Source: Eledone cirrhosa
Taxonomy: Eukaryota
Reading direction: 5' to 3'
DNA: 64,000 nt
NCBI GenBank assembly: GCA_964016885.1
Contig: OZ024766.1
Coordinates: 4,092,001-4,156,000, forward strand
Both the position numbers and the translations under genes were made by a program. Under the pieces are notes generated by a model, which did no database searches, was not told the origin of the DNA, and saw only the letters and a program-made list of their open reading frames with translations. Positions 1-14,919 of this stretch are shown here, one piece after another (within the stretch, counting starts at the first letter, position 1; every line of letters starts with the position of its first letter).

Positions 1-1579
1 TTTATTTATACACACACTCACAAACACATACACCACACTCACACACTCACACATACACACACGCATTCACACACTCACACATACACACACGCATTCACAC
101 ACTCACACATACACACACGCATTCACACACTCACACATACACACACATACACACGCATTCACACACACGCATTCACACACTCACACACACACATACACAC
201 ACACATTCCCACATACACACACACACATTCACACATACACATGTACACACACACACATACACTCACACACATTCCCACATACACACACGCATTCACACGT
301 ACACATGTACACACACATACACACTCACACACACTCACACACATTCCCACATACACACACATATTCACACATACACATGTACACACACACACACACACAT
401 ACACTCACACACTCACACATACACACACGCATTCACACGTACACATGTACACACACATACACACTCACACACACTCACACATCATACACACATATATATA
501 TGAAATTTTTTTGTCTACACAGGGTTAAAAAAAACCCCAAAAGAGTTGTATCCCTTACTTTAGCAAGGACAGAAGCGACCCTAACCATGCAACACATGTG
601 TGTATATGTGTGTGTATGCCTGTATATATATATATGTGTGTATGCCTGTATATATATATATATGTGTGTATGCCTATATATATATATATGTGTGTAGCTG
701 CTACTATGGGTTTCACGTTTCTGATAAGATCTAAATAAATGACAAACTGAGATATATGCAAGGAGTCTCTCTCTCCCCCCCCTCTCTCTCTCTCTCTCTC
801 TCTCAAAAGAGGTGTATCCCTTATTTTAGCAAGGACAGAAGCGACCCTAACCATGCAATCGTAAAACTACATGCAGGAGTCTGAACGACAGGACACTTCT
901 AATTGAGCCTACATGTTAAAACATATCTGAGGAGCTTCCGATTCCAGAATCAGGTTCGATCGTTAATAGATCGTTCGTAGTGCAGTGTGGTGCAGTGCGG
1001 TGCGGTGCGGTGGGTATGTGTGTGTTTGTATATGTGAGTGTATGTGTATGTATGCGTGAGTGTATCTATGTTTGTATATGTGTGTTTATGTATGTGTGTT
1101 TATGTATATGTGCCAACTAAACCGGCAACCCCCACCAAGCTTACTTGGTGAGGGGGGTGCTTTTGGACACCCTGCAGGACAAAAAACAAAACCTGACAAA
1201 GGGCGGAAGTACTCGTAAGAGTCAATGGCCATCGGAAAGTGTGTAAATATGTATATACACATGTACCGCGCGGTTAAACCACTGGGAGTGAAGGACCCCT
1301 AGCCTTTGTCAGGGCATTCTTCTAGGAGAAGGCAACTCAGGAAACTGGGATAACTCAGATATAAAACCTGCGGCTCAGTAGTTACCGATGATGTTGATCT
1401 TTTCTTCTTTTCGGGTTATAGCTACTGTCGCTCAGAGAGTGGGATTGGCTCAGTGCACAGTCTTTCCTCACTTTAAAATATATCTTCACACACAGGCATT
1501 GCACGATAGAATTAATTAATAATTATTAATAATGGTATATCGTGCAATGGCCATACTCGATAACGAGGGGGCAGCTATC

Positions 1580-1612
<33 letters not shown>

Positions 1613-1650
1613 TGTATGTATGTATGTATGTATGTATGTATGTATGTATG

Positions 1651-2060
1651 CGGGAGAGATGACCCCTTAGCCTTTGTCAAGGCAGAATTCTAGGAGAAGG
1701 AAAACTCTGATATAACACCTGCAACCCTGATGGTATCCAATGATGTTGACTTATTCTTCTTTTTGGTAAATATCATCTTGGTTAAGAGAGTGGGACTGGC
1801 TTTGTACAGTGCCTTTGCTCACTATAAAAGCTTCACGGCACAGGCATTGCTTTATATCTGGAGATCTCTCTGCACTTGTCGTCACATAGTACCATGGGCC
1901 CAGCACTATGTGTCAATAATTGTCACAGGTGTAGTGTTTGTACCAGAGTTTTCAAGTCGCTGGCTGGACTAAACAGTCACACTCGTTCAGCGCATCGGTA
2001 GGGGTTCTCCTACATGGATATAAAGTAGTGGCCGTACTCGAAAACAAGTTGGCAGCCACC
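1651..2060 (+). repeat. ~410-bp interspersed repeat, near-identical copy at 32493-32902; related family at ~1263-1580(+) and 48204-48471(-)
   Basis: Direct sequence identity. CTAGGAGAAGGAAAACTCTGA resembles RTE 5'-UTR sequence from memory; class uncertain. Confidence 0.65.
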
Positions 2061-2756
2061 ATGTATGTATGTGTGTGTTTTGGTGTCGGTTTACGTGACT
2101 ATAAAAATTCCGATTTGTGGTGATGACGTTGATGATGATGATGATGATGATGGTGGTGATGATGGTGATGATGGTGATGATGGTGGTGATGATGATGACG
2201 GTGGTTTCAAATCAGACACAAGATTACAAATGTATTGGAGAGTGGTGGTGTGGAGGTGTATGATGTGATGGTGGTAGGGTGGTGTAGTGGTCGAGTATAT
2301 GGTGGTGGTGTGGTGGAGAGGAGTAGGGAAGTTTAGGGAGGTGTGTGGTGGTGGTGGTGGTGTGGTAGTAGAGAGGTTTGGGGAGGGGTGTGATGGTGTG
2401 GTAGAGTGGTGGTGTGATGGTGTGGTGGTGGTGGTAGTAGTGTAGTGGTTGACTGCTTGGTAGTGATGTGGTGTAGAGAGGTTTGGGGAGGGCTGTTGAG
2501 TTATTTTAGCAGTTATCTTATCCGTCAAAATCTGGTAAAGATGAAAAGAAACCAAATTTGACCTCGGCCAGATTTCATCTGAAAACATCAGAAAAAACAG
2601 TTTTCACGGAGAAAAACCACGTTTATAGGAATTTTCCTGTGTTTTGGTGATGTTGTTGTTGTAGTTATTGCTGTTGTTTAGCCCAAGGTCAGTCATGATC
2701 CAGTAGACCTATAATATGATCAAATTTGTTCCAGCTGTGAGCATCTTGTCTTTTAT

Positions 2757-3118
2757 TCAGACACAGTGTATCCAGGACTACATTATCTAATGTACAGTTA
2801 GTGTTTGTGGCTATCAGACATAGTGTATCCAGGACTACATTATCTAATGTACAGTTAGTGTTTGTGGCTATCAGACACAGTGTATCTAGGACTACATTAT
2901 CTAATGTACAGTTAGTGTTTGTGGCTATCTGACACAGTGTATCTAGGACTACATTATCTAATGTGTCCTTCCTTGTTATTGTTTAGCCCTAGGTCAGTCT
3001 TGATCCAGTAGACCTATGATATGATCAAAGATATTCCAACTGTGAGTACCTTGTATTATATTCAGACAGTGTATCTAGGACTACATTATCTAATGTACAG
3101 TTAGTGTTTGTGGCTATC
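2757..3118 (+). repeat. 57-bp minisatellite (~3.5 units plus one displaced unit)
   Basis: CAGACACAGTGTATC(C/T)AGGACTACATTATCTAATGTACAGTTAGTGTTTGTGGCTAT repeated. Confidence 0.8.
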
Positions 3119-3794
3119 TCACCCTGAATTACGCCTCCCTGCATATTAACTCTCTAAAAAGGGAAATCATATCAAACCCCAGACTACCATTTGCCTCCAT
3201 TATGGACCAACCAAGCGCTCTTGCCATAATAACACTTTTTGAACTGCTTATCCTCAAGAACTATGCCTGGAAATAACATTATTCTTTCTTCCCCATTTCC
3301 TTAACATGTTCAACATCACATGGTCGGACGCCATGCTTTCCAGCATAGTTACGTCCCTTTACGATCTGAGTTCAAATCCCGCCGAGGTTGACTTTGCCTT
3401 TCATCCTTACGGGGTCGATAAAATAAAGTACCAGTAATGCACTGGGTAATTGCTGGCCTTGTGCCTAAAGTAGAAACAATTATTTTCTCTCCAACATTTT
3501 ATACCAATACAAATTCCTTCCTTTGATAATGCATAAAATGCTGAAACCGGTAATAGACAATTATTAAATATATATAAATAAATAAATGCCATTGTTAATT
3601 AATAAATAAATTAACTAATACCTTAACACTTCACACGAAGTAAAATATTTTGTTTTAAACATTTTCTAACCCAGAAAAAAGAGAAAAAAATAAAGGGAAG
3701 AAGATATATTATTTTTCTCCCTAATAATCGTCTCTTTCTTCCTGTTTACATATATATATATATTCCAACGCGTGTGTTCCTTCTCCACATTTTA

Positions 3795-3851
<57 letters not shown>

Positions 3852-4058
3852 TATGCAATGTATATATACATATATATATATATATACTCACGAGTAACTT
3901 GGTGAGTAATGATCAAAACAGGTTTTTACTGCATCCGTATTGATTTATATATATATATACATACGCATATATACATACGTATATATATAGATATATATAT
4001 ATATGTATGTATGTATGTATGTATTACGACAAAATACAGTACTTCTTGTAAACTTGCT

Positions 4059-4089
<31 letters not shown>

Positions 4090-4351
4090 ATATATATGTG
4101 TCTGTGTATGTGTGTTTGTATATATACGTATATGTGTGCGTGTGTCTGTGTGTGCGTGTGTATATATATATATGTGTGTGTGTGTGTATGTATGTATAAA
4201 TAGAGCCACACATGTATATACACTGTAAACAGGAGTGAGTTGGTTCAAATTGAGATAATGACGAGAGGATAATCTCACCAAGACATGTATATATATGTAT
4301 ATATGTATGTGTATATATATAAATATATATATATATATACAAATATATATA

Positions 4352-4412
<61 letters not shown>

Positions 4413-4553
4413 ATATATACATGTGTATATATATATATATATGTGTGTGTGTGTATATATATATATACATGTGTATATATACATATATATGTACATATAT
4501 ATATATATACATATATGTGTGTATATATATATGTGTGTGTGTGTGTGTACATG

Positions 4554-4634
<81 letters not shown>

Positions 4635-4649
4635 ATGTGTGTGTGTGTG

Positions 4650-4687
<38 letters not shown>

Positions 4688-5333
4688 ACATATATGTGTA
4701 TATATATATATACATATATGTGTATATATTATATATATATATTATATATATATTATATATATATATTATATATATATATATATATATACACATATATGTG
4801 TATATATTATAGATATATACACATATACATATATATATATACATGTATATACATACACATATATATACACACACGCACACATATATATATATATATATAC
4901 ACTCATCCATATATCTAGGACATGATAACAAACAGATAGATCGAGAGAGAGAGAGGGGGGAGATGGGGGGGGGGTCAGGAATCCATCTGCAACTACCTCT
5001 CACCGCGCCTCCTCCCCTCGCCCCCCCTTTCTCTATGCACCATTACCACGATACCACGCCACCACCTCCGCTACTTAACCCCCCCATCACCCCACCCCAC
5101 CCCACCCCGGAGGTGGAGTAACGGACTCACTAATGGGGTCTGTGTAGGGGCCATGTGTTTGATAAAACGGGGATTCCATGCTTCGTCACCCCGCCGCCTC
5201 TCGCCACGCCACCACCACCACCACCACCACCACCATCATAAACATCGCCATCACCACCAACATCAGCACCACAACCACAACCACCACCACCACCATCACT
5301 AACACCATAACCATATACCATAACATATACATA

Positions 5334-5479
<146 letters not shown>

Positions 5480-5525
5480 TATGTATATATACATATATAT
5501 ATATATACGCATATATATATGCATA

Positions 5526-5576
<51 letters not shown>

Positions 5577-5580
5577 GTAC

Positions 5581-5635
<55 letters not shown>

Positions 5636-5728
5636 CGCATATATATATGCATATATATGTATATATATATATGCATATATATGTATATATATATATGCAT
5701 ATATATATATATGTATATATATATATAC

Positions 5729-5779
<51 letters not shown>

Positions 5780-5845
5780 CGCATATATATATGCATATAT
5801 ATATGTATATATATATATATATATATACGCATATATATATGCATA

Positions 5846-5898
<53 letters not shown>

Positions 5899-5900
<2 letters not shown>

Positions 5901-6230
5901 TTCGTTTTTGTATTTGTTTTGCGAGATTTCTTATCTGAAAACGTGTGTTGAAACAGATATTGTTATACTTTGGGAGGGTCATGTTGCCAATAAGAAACAC
6001 ATGCACCAGTTGCTTTTCACTTCAATTTATTATAAATTTCCGGCTGGTTGGTTGGTTCGATAACCTGAAGGTTGTTTATATATTGTCAAAGCTCTTTCAT
6101 CACACGTTCTGTGGCCTCCTCAGTGACTAGGTTTTTTTTAATTTTGTGTGTCTCTCCTTTGACATTTTATGTGTCTCTCTTCTGTCCTACACCATCTTGT
6201 TTGTGTGTACGTGAAAAAGGACAATAATTA
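5899..6230 (-). mobile_element. Solo pLTR of a PLE related to the intact element
   Basis: Minus strand carries an HHR, then [27 protein letters not shown] running into (TA)n. A further fragment lies at ~6620-6765 (+). Confidence 0.75.
6085..6127 (-). ncRNA. Type I hammerhead motif in a PLE pLTR remnant
   Basis: Minus strand GTCA-CTGAGGA-GGCCACAGAACGTGTGAT-GAAA-GAGC-TT-TGAC; stem I GTCA/TGAC. Confidence 0.6.
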
Positions 6231-6805
6231 GTCAATTATGCGATAGGCGTATACAAATATATAAAAAATAAAGATTTATAACATCGTAAGAATACAAGTT
6301 TAAAATAAATTATTGTTGATGAGAAGATTTCCAATGTTACACAAAAATCTCTGATCGTAAAACATTGGGCTTAATCTTATTTATCCCTTTTACATTTACA
6401 TTACTCTATATATACTATTGTATTTTCACAGTAAAGACTTTACCTCACATAATATCTCACATAACATTTACATTACTCTATATATACTATTGTATTTTCA
6501 CAGTAAAGGTTTTACCTCACATAATATCTCACATAACATTTGCATTATTCTATATTTAATATTATATTTCACGGTAAAGGCTTTACCTCACATAAAGGTA
6601 ATTATTATAGGTGAATAATTTAACTGCAAATTTATAATAAATTGAAGTGAAAGCACTGGTGCGTGTGTTTTTATTGGCAGAATGACCCTCCCAAAGTATA
6701 ACAAAATCTGTTTCAAAACACGTTTTCAGATAAGAAATCTTGCAAAAACAATTAAAAAACGAAGTGTGTGTGAGTGTATATATATATATATATATTTATA
6801 TATAT

Positions 6806-7006
6806 AACGAAGGAGTTGTGGTAAGGAACCAGGTGGACCATAACGCACCAGAGTACTCAATACTTAGGGTAGTAGAGTGGGTAATAGGAGAAAGTATGAC
6901 CCCGACGGTAGAGCTCAAGCCGTTTCGACGGCTATTTCTGGACTAAAGAGCAGAAATAGCCGTCGAAACGGCTTGAGCTCTGCCGTCGGGGTCATACTTT
7001 CTCCTA
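6806..7006. mobile_element. Short interspersed family with a fold-back carrying the 3' half of an HHR
   Basis: Relatives at 14250-14363, ~55146-55190, ~57968-58025 and 61058-61235. Contains GAAA-CGGC(loop)GCCG-TC-GGGG (stem III plus GUC) but no CTGANGA. Confidence 0.55.
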
Positions 7007-7091
7007 TATATATATATACAGTATACACACACACACACACATCTGCATCGCAGGTGTGATAAATACGTCATATACGTTATTATTAATGCCA

Positions 7092-7214
<123 letters not shown>

Positions 7215-7620
7215 GATATTTATACACATATATATATATGTGTGTATATACATATGTATATATGTATGGTATTTATACACATATATATATATATATGTGT
7301 GTATTTACATATGTATATAAGTATGATATTTATACACATATATATATGTGTGTATACATATGTATATATGTATGGTATTTATACACATATATATATATAT
7401 ATATATGTGTATATTTACATATGTATATATGTATGGTATTTATACACATATATATATATATATATGTGTGTATATACATATGTATATATGTATGGTATTT
7501 ATACATACATGCAGGTGTGTTTATATAAAAGTGTAAATATGACGACCAATGTAACAAATTGTATGAAAGTTGTTTTTGTTTGGCTATCACACATACACAC
7601 ATATACACACACACACATAT

Positions 7621-7661
<41 letters not shown>

Positions 7662-7782
7662 GAGGTTATATTTAATTTGTTGGGATACAACAAGCAAAAT
7701 ATTTTTATAAGTGATATAAAGCACTCAACAAATTATTGAGTAAGGGTATGTCAATATTTATTCATAAAACTAACCTATATTA

Positions 7783-7848
7783 TATTTTATCTGATGAAAG
7801 CGCACCATAGTTTACCTTGGTGGCTCTTGAAATATGTAAAATGAAATA
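7783..7848 (+). ncRNA. Degenerate type I hammerhead (TATTTTAT family), cleavage triplet mutated
   Basis: TATTTTAT-CTGATGA-stem II-GAAA-TATGTA-AA-ATGAAATA; AA replaces the TA of other copies. Confidence 0.5.
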
Positions 7849-7887
7849 AATATGGTTTTATAAATATAGTTTCGATTTGTTAATATA

Positions 7888-7949
<62 letters not shown>

Positions 7950-8078
7950 GTGAGGGTTTTTTTACAAAATGAAAAATAACCGAGGTGTCCTACACGAGTG
8001 AAAGTATAAAGAAAAAAAGATGAAATCGAAAATGCAACTGGAGTCTTATTTTTAAAAAAGTATATATTTATTTGGTTC

Positions 8079-8114
8079 CTTTACCGGTTTCGCAGTTCTT
8101 CTGCTTTTCAAAAG
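8079..8114 (-). ncRNA. Minimal hammerhead with U3-A8 core variant
   Basis: Minus strand CTT-TTGAAAA-GCAG(AAGAA)CTGC-GAAA-CCGG-TA-AAG; palindromic stem III ACCGGT. Second copy at 36022-36057. Confidence 0.55.
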
Positions 8115-8332
8115 TAGAGTTGAGATGGAGGGTCTGTGGTTTTTCTCACATCTGTATATATATATATATATATATAGTAATAATAATAAATGTGAAGACT
8201 AAAATCAAAAGAGGGCTCGATAAGGATAAATATATATCAAATATATAAGAACCCTAGAGCAAATATTTATTAAAATAACAGATTAAAGTTTAAGCAAAGA
8301 ATCGCTGCTTTCACCCTTAACGGGATCTTCTG

Positions 8333-8383
8333 AGTTTCAGAAGATCCCGTTAAGGGTGAAAGCAGCGATTCTTTGCTTAAACT
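8333..8383 (+). ncRNA. Hammerhead-like motif (core CAGAAGA) at the centre of a perfect fold-back
   Basis: AGTTT-CAGAAGA-TCCC(GTTAA)GGGT-GAAA-GCA(loop)TGC-TT-AAACT; all three stems are present, with a U4A core change. Confidence 0.5.
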
Positions 8384-8718
8384 TTAATCTGTTATTTTAA
8401 TAAATATATATATATATATTTACATACATACATGCACGCATATGTATGTAACTATATATGTTTGTATTTATATATATGTATATAAATATGTATATATATA
8501 TATATATGTATATAGTTAAGGTAAATATTGATGCAATTCCATTCAAGAACTCAACGTACTTATTCCACATATACATGTATGTATATATATATGTATATAT
8601 GTATGTATATATATATGTATGTATACATATATGTATGTATATATATATGTATATATATATATATATGTATATATATATGTATGTATGCATATATATATAT
8701 ATGTATATATATGTATGC

Positions 8719-8756
<38 letters not shown>

Positions 8757-8761
8757 GTATA

Positions 8762-8801
<40 letters not shown>

Positions 8802-9002
8802 CACATATATATATACATATACGTATATATATAAATGTATATATATACATACATATATATATATATATATAGGCTCACAAATGTAAACATGTGACTATAT
8901 GATTGCGTGTGTGTGTGTGTCTGTGTGTGTCTGTGTGTGTATGTATGTTAAAACACGTTTGTGTGTGCGTATGTACATCTGTCGTCTGTGTGTGTGTGTG
9001 TC

Positions 9003-9034
<32 letters not shown>

Positions 9035-9614
9035 GTTCGTTTTTCGCCCATTTTTCTCCCTCCGCCATCTTCGACATCCGCCAGACGCTGCAGAAACTGA
9101 TAATAGGTCACATGACCTAGAAACGCTGAAGGAATTGACTGGCAAATTATAAAGACAAGCTGTTAGCAACAACAACAACAGTAAAAACAACAGTGACAAC
9201 AACAACAGTAACAACAACAGTGACAACAGTAATAAGTGTTTTTACTTTTGGCTCAAGGCCAGCAATTACCCCAGTGTATTACTGGTACTTTATTTGATCG
9301 ACCCCCGTAAGGGTGAAAGGCAAAGTTAACCTCGGCAGGATTTGAACTCAGATCATAAAAGGGACGTGACTCTATGCTGCAAAGCATGGCGTCCGACCCT
9401 CACCCGATGCTGCCAACCCACACGTTTCTGCCCTCGCCCGCTGGTCGCAAGAATGAAGAATAGAGGGGCGAATCCTGAATACGGCTTTAAAATCAGGGTT
9501 TTCCAGCCTGGGTGATATCAGTCAGAGGCGGGCGATGAGCAACGGAATAGAAAATGGTGGGTGATTGGAAATTTTGGTGCGCAATATAGGATTTTGAGTA
9601 TCGAGAAGGTATTT

Positions 9615-10683
9615 CCTATGGTCATGAATCTTGGGTAATGACCGAAAAAATACGATCGCGAATACAAGCGGCCAAAACGGGGTTCATCTGAAAGGTCTTT
9701 GGAGTAAGGTTACTCGATAGAATGCGTAGCTTGGAGATCAGAAAGTCACTCCAGGTAGAGCCACCACTTCTCCGAATTGAGAGATCACAGCTCTGATACT
9801 ACAGACATGTGGTTAGAATGTCTCAGGAAAGAATCTCTGAATTGAGAGGTCACAGCTCTGATACTACAGACATGTGGTTAGAATGTCTCAGGAAAGAATC
9901 TCTGAATTGAGAGATCACAGCTCTGATACTACAGACATGTGGTTAGAATGTCTCAGGAAAGAATCTCTGAATTGAGAGATCACAGCTTTGATACTACAGA
10001 CATGTGGTTAGAATGTCTCGGGAAAGAATCTCTGAATTGAGAGATCACAGCTCTGATACTACAGATATGTGGTTAGAATGTCTCAGGAAAGAATCTCTGA
10101 ATTGAGAGATCACAGCGCGGATACTACAGACATGTGGTTAGAATGTCTGAGGAAAGAATCTCTGAATTGAGATATCACAGCTTTGATACTACAGACATGT
10201 GGTTAGAATGTCTCAGGAAAGAATCTCTGAATTGAGAGATCACAGCTCTGATACTACAGACATGTGGTTAGAATGTCTGAGGAAAGAATCTCTGAATTGA
10301 GATATCACAGCTTTGATACTACAGACATGTGGTTAGAATGTCTCAGGAAAGAATCTCTGAATTGAGAGATCACAGCTCTGATACTACAGACATGTGGTTA
10401 GAATGTCTCAGGAAAGAATCTCTGAATTGAGAGATCACAGCTCTGATACTACAGACATGTGGTTAGAATGTCTCAGGAAAGAATCTCTGAATTGAGAGAT
10501 CACAGCTTTGATACTACAGACATGTGGTTAGAATGTCTGAGGAAAGAATCTCTGAATTGAGATATCACAGCTTTGATACTACAGACATGTGGTTAGAATG
10601 TCTCAGGAAAGAATCTCTGAATTGAGAGATCACAGCTCTGATACTACAGACATGTGGTTAGAATGTCTCAGGAAAGAATCTCT
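9615..10683 (+). mobile_element. RTE-clade LINE fragment with an internal 65-bp tandem array (~14 units, 9774-10683)
   Basis: YGHESWVMTEKIRSRIQAA...VFGVRLLDRMRSLEIRKSLQVEPPLLRIERSQL..HVVRMSQERI is an RTE C-terminal signature; its last 65 bp are reiterated. Confidence 0.8.
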
Positions 10684-10687
10684 ATAT

Positions 10688-10963
10688 ATATCTTTAAGTC
10701 GTTTGGAAGCCTCGACAATGCAAATGGGTAAATCTCCGGGTAACAAGATCCGGTGGTGGAGAGAGAGATGTAAGTGGTTGTGTGTATAAGATGTGTAGAA
10801 GAATGAAGGAAAGAGTAGAAAGGATAAAATTAAAATAACAACACGAGAGAGAGTTACCTTGGGAGAGATTTAATTGCCCCTATATATTTCGGATTCACAT
10901 CAACTTGTTACCCTGAGATTTACCCATTTGCATTGTCGAGGCTTCCAAACGACTTAAAGATAT
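10688..10963. repeat. Inverted repeat with ~60-bp arms and ~155-bp spacer
   Basis: ATATCTTTAAGTCGTTTGGAAGCCTCGACAATGCAAATGGGTAAATCTC and its reverse complement. Confidence 0.6.
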
Positions 10964-11206
10964 TTACTTATTATTCCACAATGCTTCAAGCAAACTTCAA
11001 TACTCTCTTATATATATCTGAGTGTCTCGAATCTTCCAGATCGCAATTTTTCGGTCGTATGGTTGATTATAGACTTGTTGTATGTGTGACGGTATTTTAA
11101 CGATAGTTATAGCTCTGATTTATCTAAATTATTGAGCCCTCTGCCGCTCATATCGAATTTTGTTTATCGTGAACTCGTGCGCCGATTTTTCGATACTCGA
11201 TTATTC

Positions 11207-11259
<53 letters not shown>

Positions 11260-11289
11260 AACAAAAGATGGTTAAAAGAGTTCCATGTA

Positions 11290-11356
11290 TTTTATTATGC
11301 GCATTTCAAAAACAAATATCATTATGCAATAACATTTCTGTTTTCATCAGATAAAA
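11290..11356 (-). ncRNA. Type I hammerhead with palindromic stem III
   Basis: Minus strand TTTTAT-CTGATGA-AAACAGAAATGTTATTGCATAATGATATTTGTTTTT-GAAA-TGCGCA-TA-ATAAAA. The paralog at 31291-31357 has core TTGATGA. Confidence 0.75.
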
Positions 11357-11504
11357 CAGGAAGACATGATATGAAGGTTAAAAAACACTTGTGGATAGTG
11401 CACTTTTGTTCTTATATATTATGTATACTCCAGTCCTACAAACTGTAGAGTGCTTCTTATCCGATATCTGCATTGCTTTATTGTACTACAATAAAACTCA
11501 CCTC

Positions 11505-11599
<95 letters not shown>

Positions 11600-11692
11600 T
11601 TTTAATATAGAAGAGATTCTACAGGACTAGAACTGTTTCATTCATTAGAAATCATCAGGAATCTTCATTGATTAGAAATCATCAAGAATCTT

Positions 11693-11745
11693 GAGATTCC
11701 TGATGATTTCTAATGAATGAAACAGTTCTAGTCCTGTAGAATCTC
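11693..11745 (+). ncRNA. Complete type I hammerhead (inverted copy at ~11613-11664)
   Basis: GAGATTC-CTGATGA-TTTC(TAAT)GAAT-GAAA-CAG(TTCTAGTC)CTG-TA-GAATCTC: 7-bp stem I, 4-bp stem III, GUA triplet. Confidence 0.8.
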
Positions 11746-11826
11746 TTCTATATTAAAACTTTTATACTCTGCTATGTATTGAGTACCTTACTTACTGTGG
11801 TTACCTCCGATTCAACCCGGAATAAC

Positions 11827-11905
<79 letters not shown>

Positions 11906-11949
11906 TGAAAAAGAACAAAGGAACTATTATGACATTATAACAAGTTTAT

Positions 11950-11996
11950 TGCCGACAGCCGTTTCGTCCGACCCCATGGTGGGACTTATCAAGGCA
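11950..11996 (-). ncRNA. Type I hammerhead with U3-A8 core variant
   Basis: Minus strand TGCC-TTGATAA-GTCC(loop)GGAC-GAAA-CGGCTG-TC-GGCA; GUC triplet, stems I and II perfect. Confidence 0.7.
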
Positions 11997-12080
11997 TATA
12001 ACATGTGATTGCAAGATCATTGTTTACATCAACGTATCACTCAAGGCTTGCGATTCACATACGTCCTACCATACATCTTA

Positions 12081-12140
<60 letters not shown>

Positions 12141-12510
12141 CCGGAGGCTAAATGAGGATAAGGAACCAGTAATAATTTTTTACCAAACATCTTTGGTAGG
12201 TTTTTGAAGATTTACTTATACAGGTGGGCGGTGTAAAGTGGGCGATGCTGTAAAAGAGGTTAGGGTCCCCTGATTTGAAACAAGCCAATATTTTTCGAAT
12301 GCTGGACAGGATCACTTTGTTGGCAGGTTCTGAGGCTCCTGTGGTTTAACCACGGGAGGGAAGAACGGAGGAGGGCAGGAGGGGGTTTGTTTTAATGGTG
12401 AACACAAAACATATGGTGTATATAACTATGTTTACAGTTGTCATATCATATGGGCTGTATCAGTGCAGGATATACATACGCCCACACTTATATATATATA
12501 TATACACACA

Positions 12511-12628
<118 letters not shown>

Positions 12629-12664
12629 TAGATATGTATGTATGTATATTTATATGTATGTATG

Positions 12665-12710
<46 letters not shown>

Positions 12711-12848
12711 TAGATATGTATGTATGTATATATATATATATAGGTGAGTGTGTGTGTAAATATAAATATGTATATATTTTTATATATATTTAAATATGAA
12801 TGTGTACATATATTCATATATTTATATATATATATATATACATATATA

Positions 12849-12897
<49 letters not shown>

Positions 12898-13242
12898 ATA
12901 TTTATATATATATATATACATATATATTTATATATATATATACATATATATGAATATATATACATATACACACCTATACACGTACACATATATATATATG
13001 AATACTCAAACACACATACACACATATATGAATATATATACACACATATATATAAATATATATACATATATATATAAATATATATATATATAAATATATA
13101 AATGAAGTAATTCCATAAATATATATACATATATATATATATAAATATATATATACACATATATAAATATATATACACAAATATATATATATAAATATAT
13201 ATATCACACATATATATATTTATGTATAACTATATATATATG

Positions 13243-13316
<74 letters not shown>

Positions 13317-13384
13317 GTTATGTAATAAACAACATAAGATAATTATTTCATTTACCAGTGGTTTCTTGAAAGCGAACAAATCTG

Positions 13385-13430
<46 letters not shown>

Positions 13431-13473
13431 CACTACTACTACTACTACCACCACTACTACTACTACCACCACC

Positions 13474-13543
<70 letters not shown>

Positions 13544-14110
13544 TTACTACTACCACCACTACTACTAACACCATTACTACTACCACCACTACTACTACCA
13601 CCACCACCACTACACCACCACTACCACCACCACCACTACTACCACCACCACTACTACCACTACTAATTACTGGTATAAGCTTTTAAGAAATATGTAAGCA
13701 GTTACCTGAGATAGATATCTGTTCTGGAGTAAACAGTTTTGATATATATCACGTGGTTTGGCCTGCCGCCATTAGGTGGGGGGAGGGGGCAGGTGTGTGT
13801 GTGGTGGGGGTGGGGGGTCGGGGCTGGGGGTCGGGGTGGGGGAGGGGTGTGCGGCGGCATTGCGGTAATATGTGGTGGTGGTGGTGGTGTAGGAGTGGGG
13901 TGTGTTTGTGGGGTGGTGGGGGCTGTAGTGGCGGTGTGGCGGGTGTGTCTGTCAGGGGGGGGCGGGGTAGGTAATGGGTATGTGAGATGGTGTGGGTGTG
14001 GTGTGTGTGTGTGTGTGGGGGGTCTGTCTGGAGTGTAGTGGTGGGGTGTTGAGATCTGGTGAGAAATCGGTGGTTGTACTGACGGCAGAAAATTATACTT
14101 TTCATGTATG

Positions 14111-14226
<116 letters not shown>

Positions 14227-14473
14227 TACATGTATATATATATATATATAACGAAGGAAGTGTGGTAAGGAACCAGGTGGACCATAACGCACCAGAGTAC
14301 TCAATACTTTGGGTAGTAGAGTGGGTAATAGGAAAATGTTCAAGATCCCGACGGCAGAGCTCAAAATATATATATACATACAAATATATATATATATATA
14401 TATATATTTATAAACATATGTATACATACAAATATACATTTATCTATGTATGTATATATTGCGCGCACGCACG

Positions 14474-14557
<84 letters not shown>

Positions 14558-14702
14558 AACACTCTACATCAGTAATGTATACTCAGCCAAATGGTGGTGA
14601 CGAGGTGTAATGGACTTTCCGTTTACGAAATAATATTAATATAGGTTTACTATTCCATAGTTCTTACGTAGTATTATGTAAGGACACCTCATAATTGTAT
14701 GA

Positions 14703-14778
14703 GCATCTGATGATGTCACATGGAGACTGTCAATGATATAACCAAAGCATAACCATACGATTGAAATATATATTATGC
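14703..14778 (+). ncRNA. Possible hammerhead motif with poorly defined stem II
   Basis: GCAT-CTGATGA-(49 nt)-GAAA-TATATA-TT-ATGC. Confidence 0.4.
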
Positions 14779-14919
14779 AATAAAACCACATTGCTCAACA
14801 TCTAGCTTGGACCCGATAATCTCCCTGCATTTCTTTACCAGAAACTTAGCATAGATTTTACCGGGGAGGCTTAACAAGGGGAACCCTCTGTAATTGGATC
14901 AGTCTGTCTTGTCCCCTTT

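Noticed and set aside
12170-12490. Possible degenerate GIY-YIG fragment (TKHMVY...IYIR)
   Set aside because: Similarity is too weak to support without a search.
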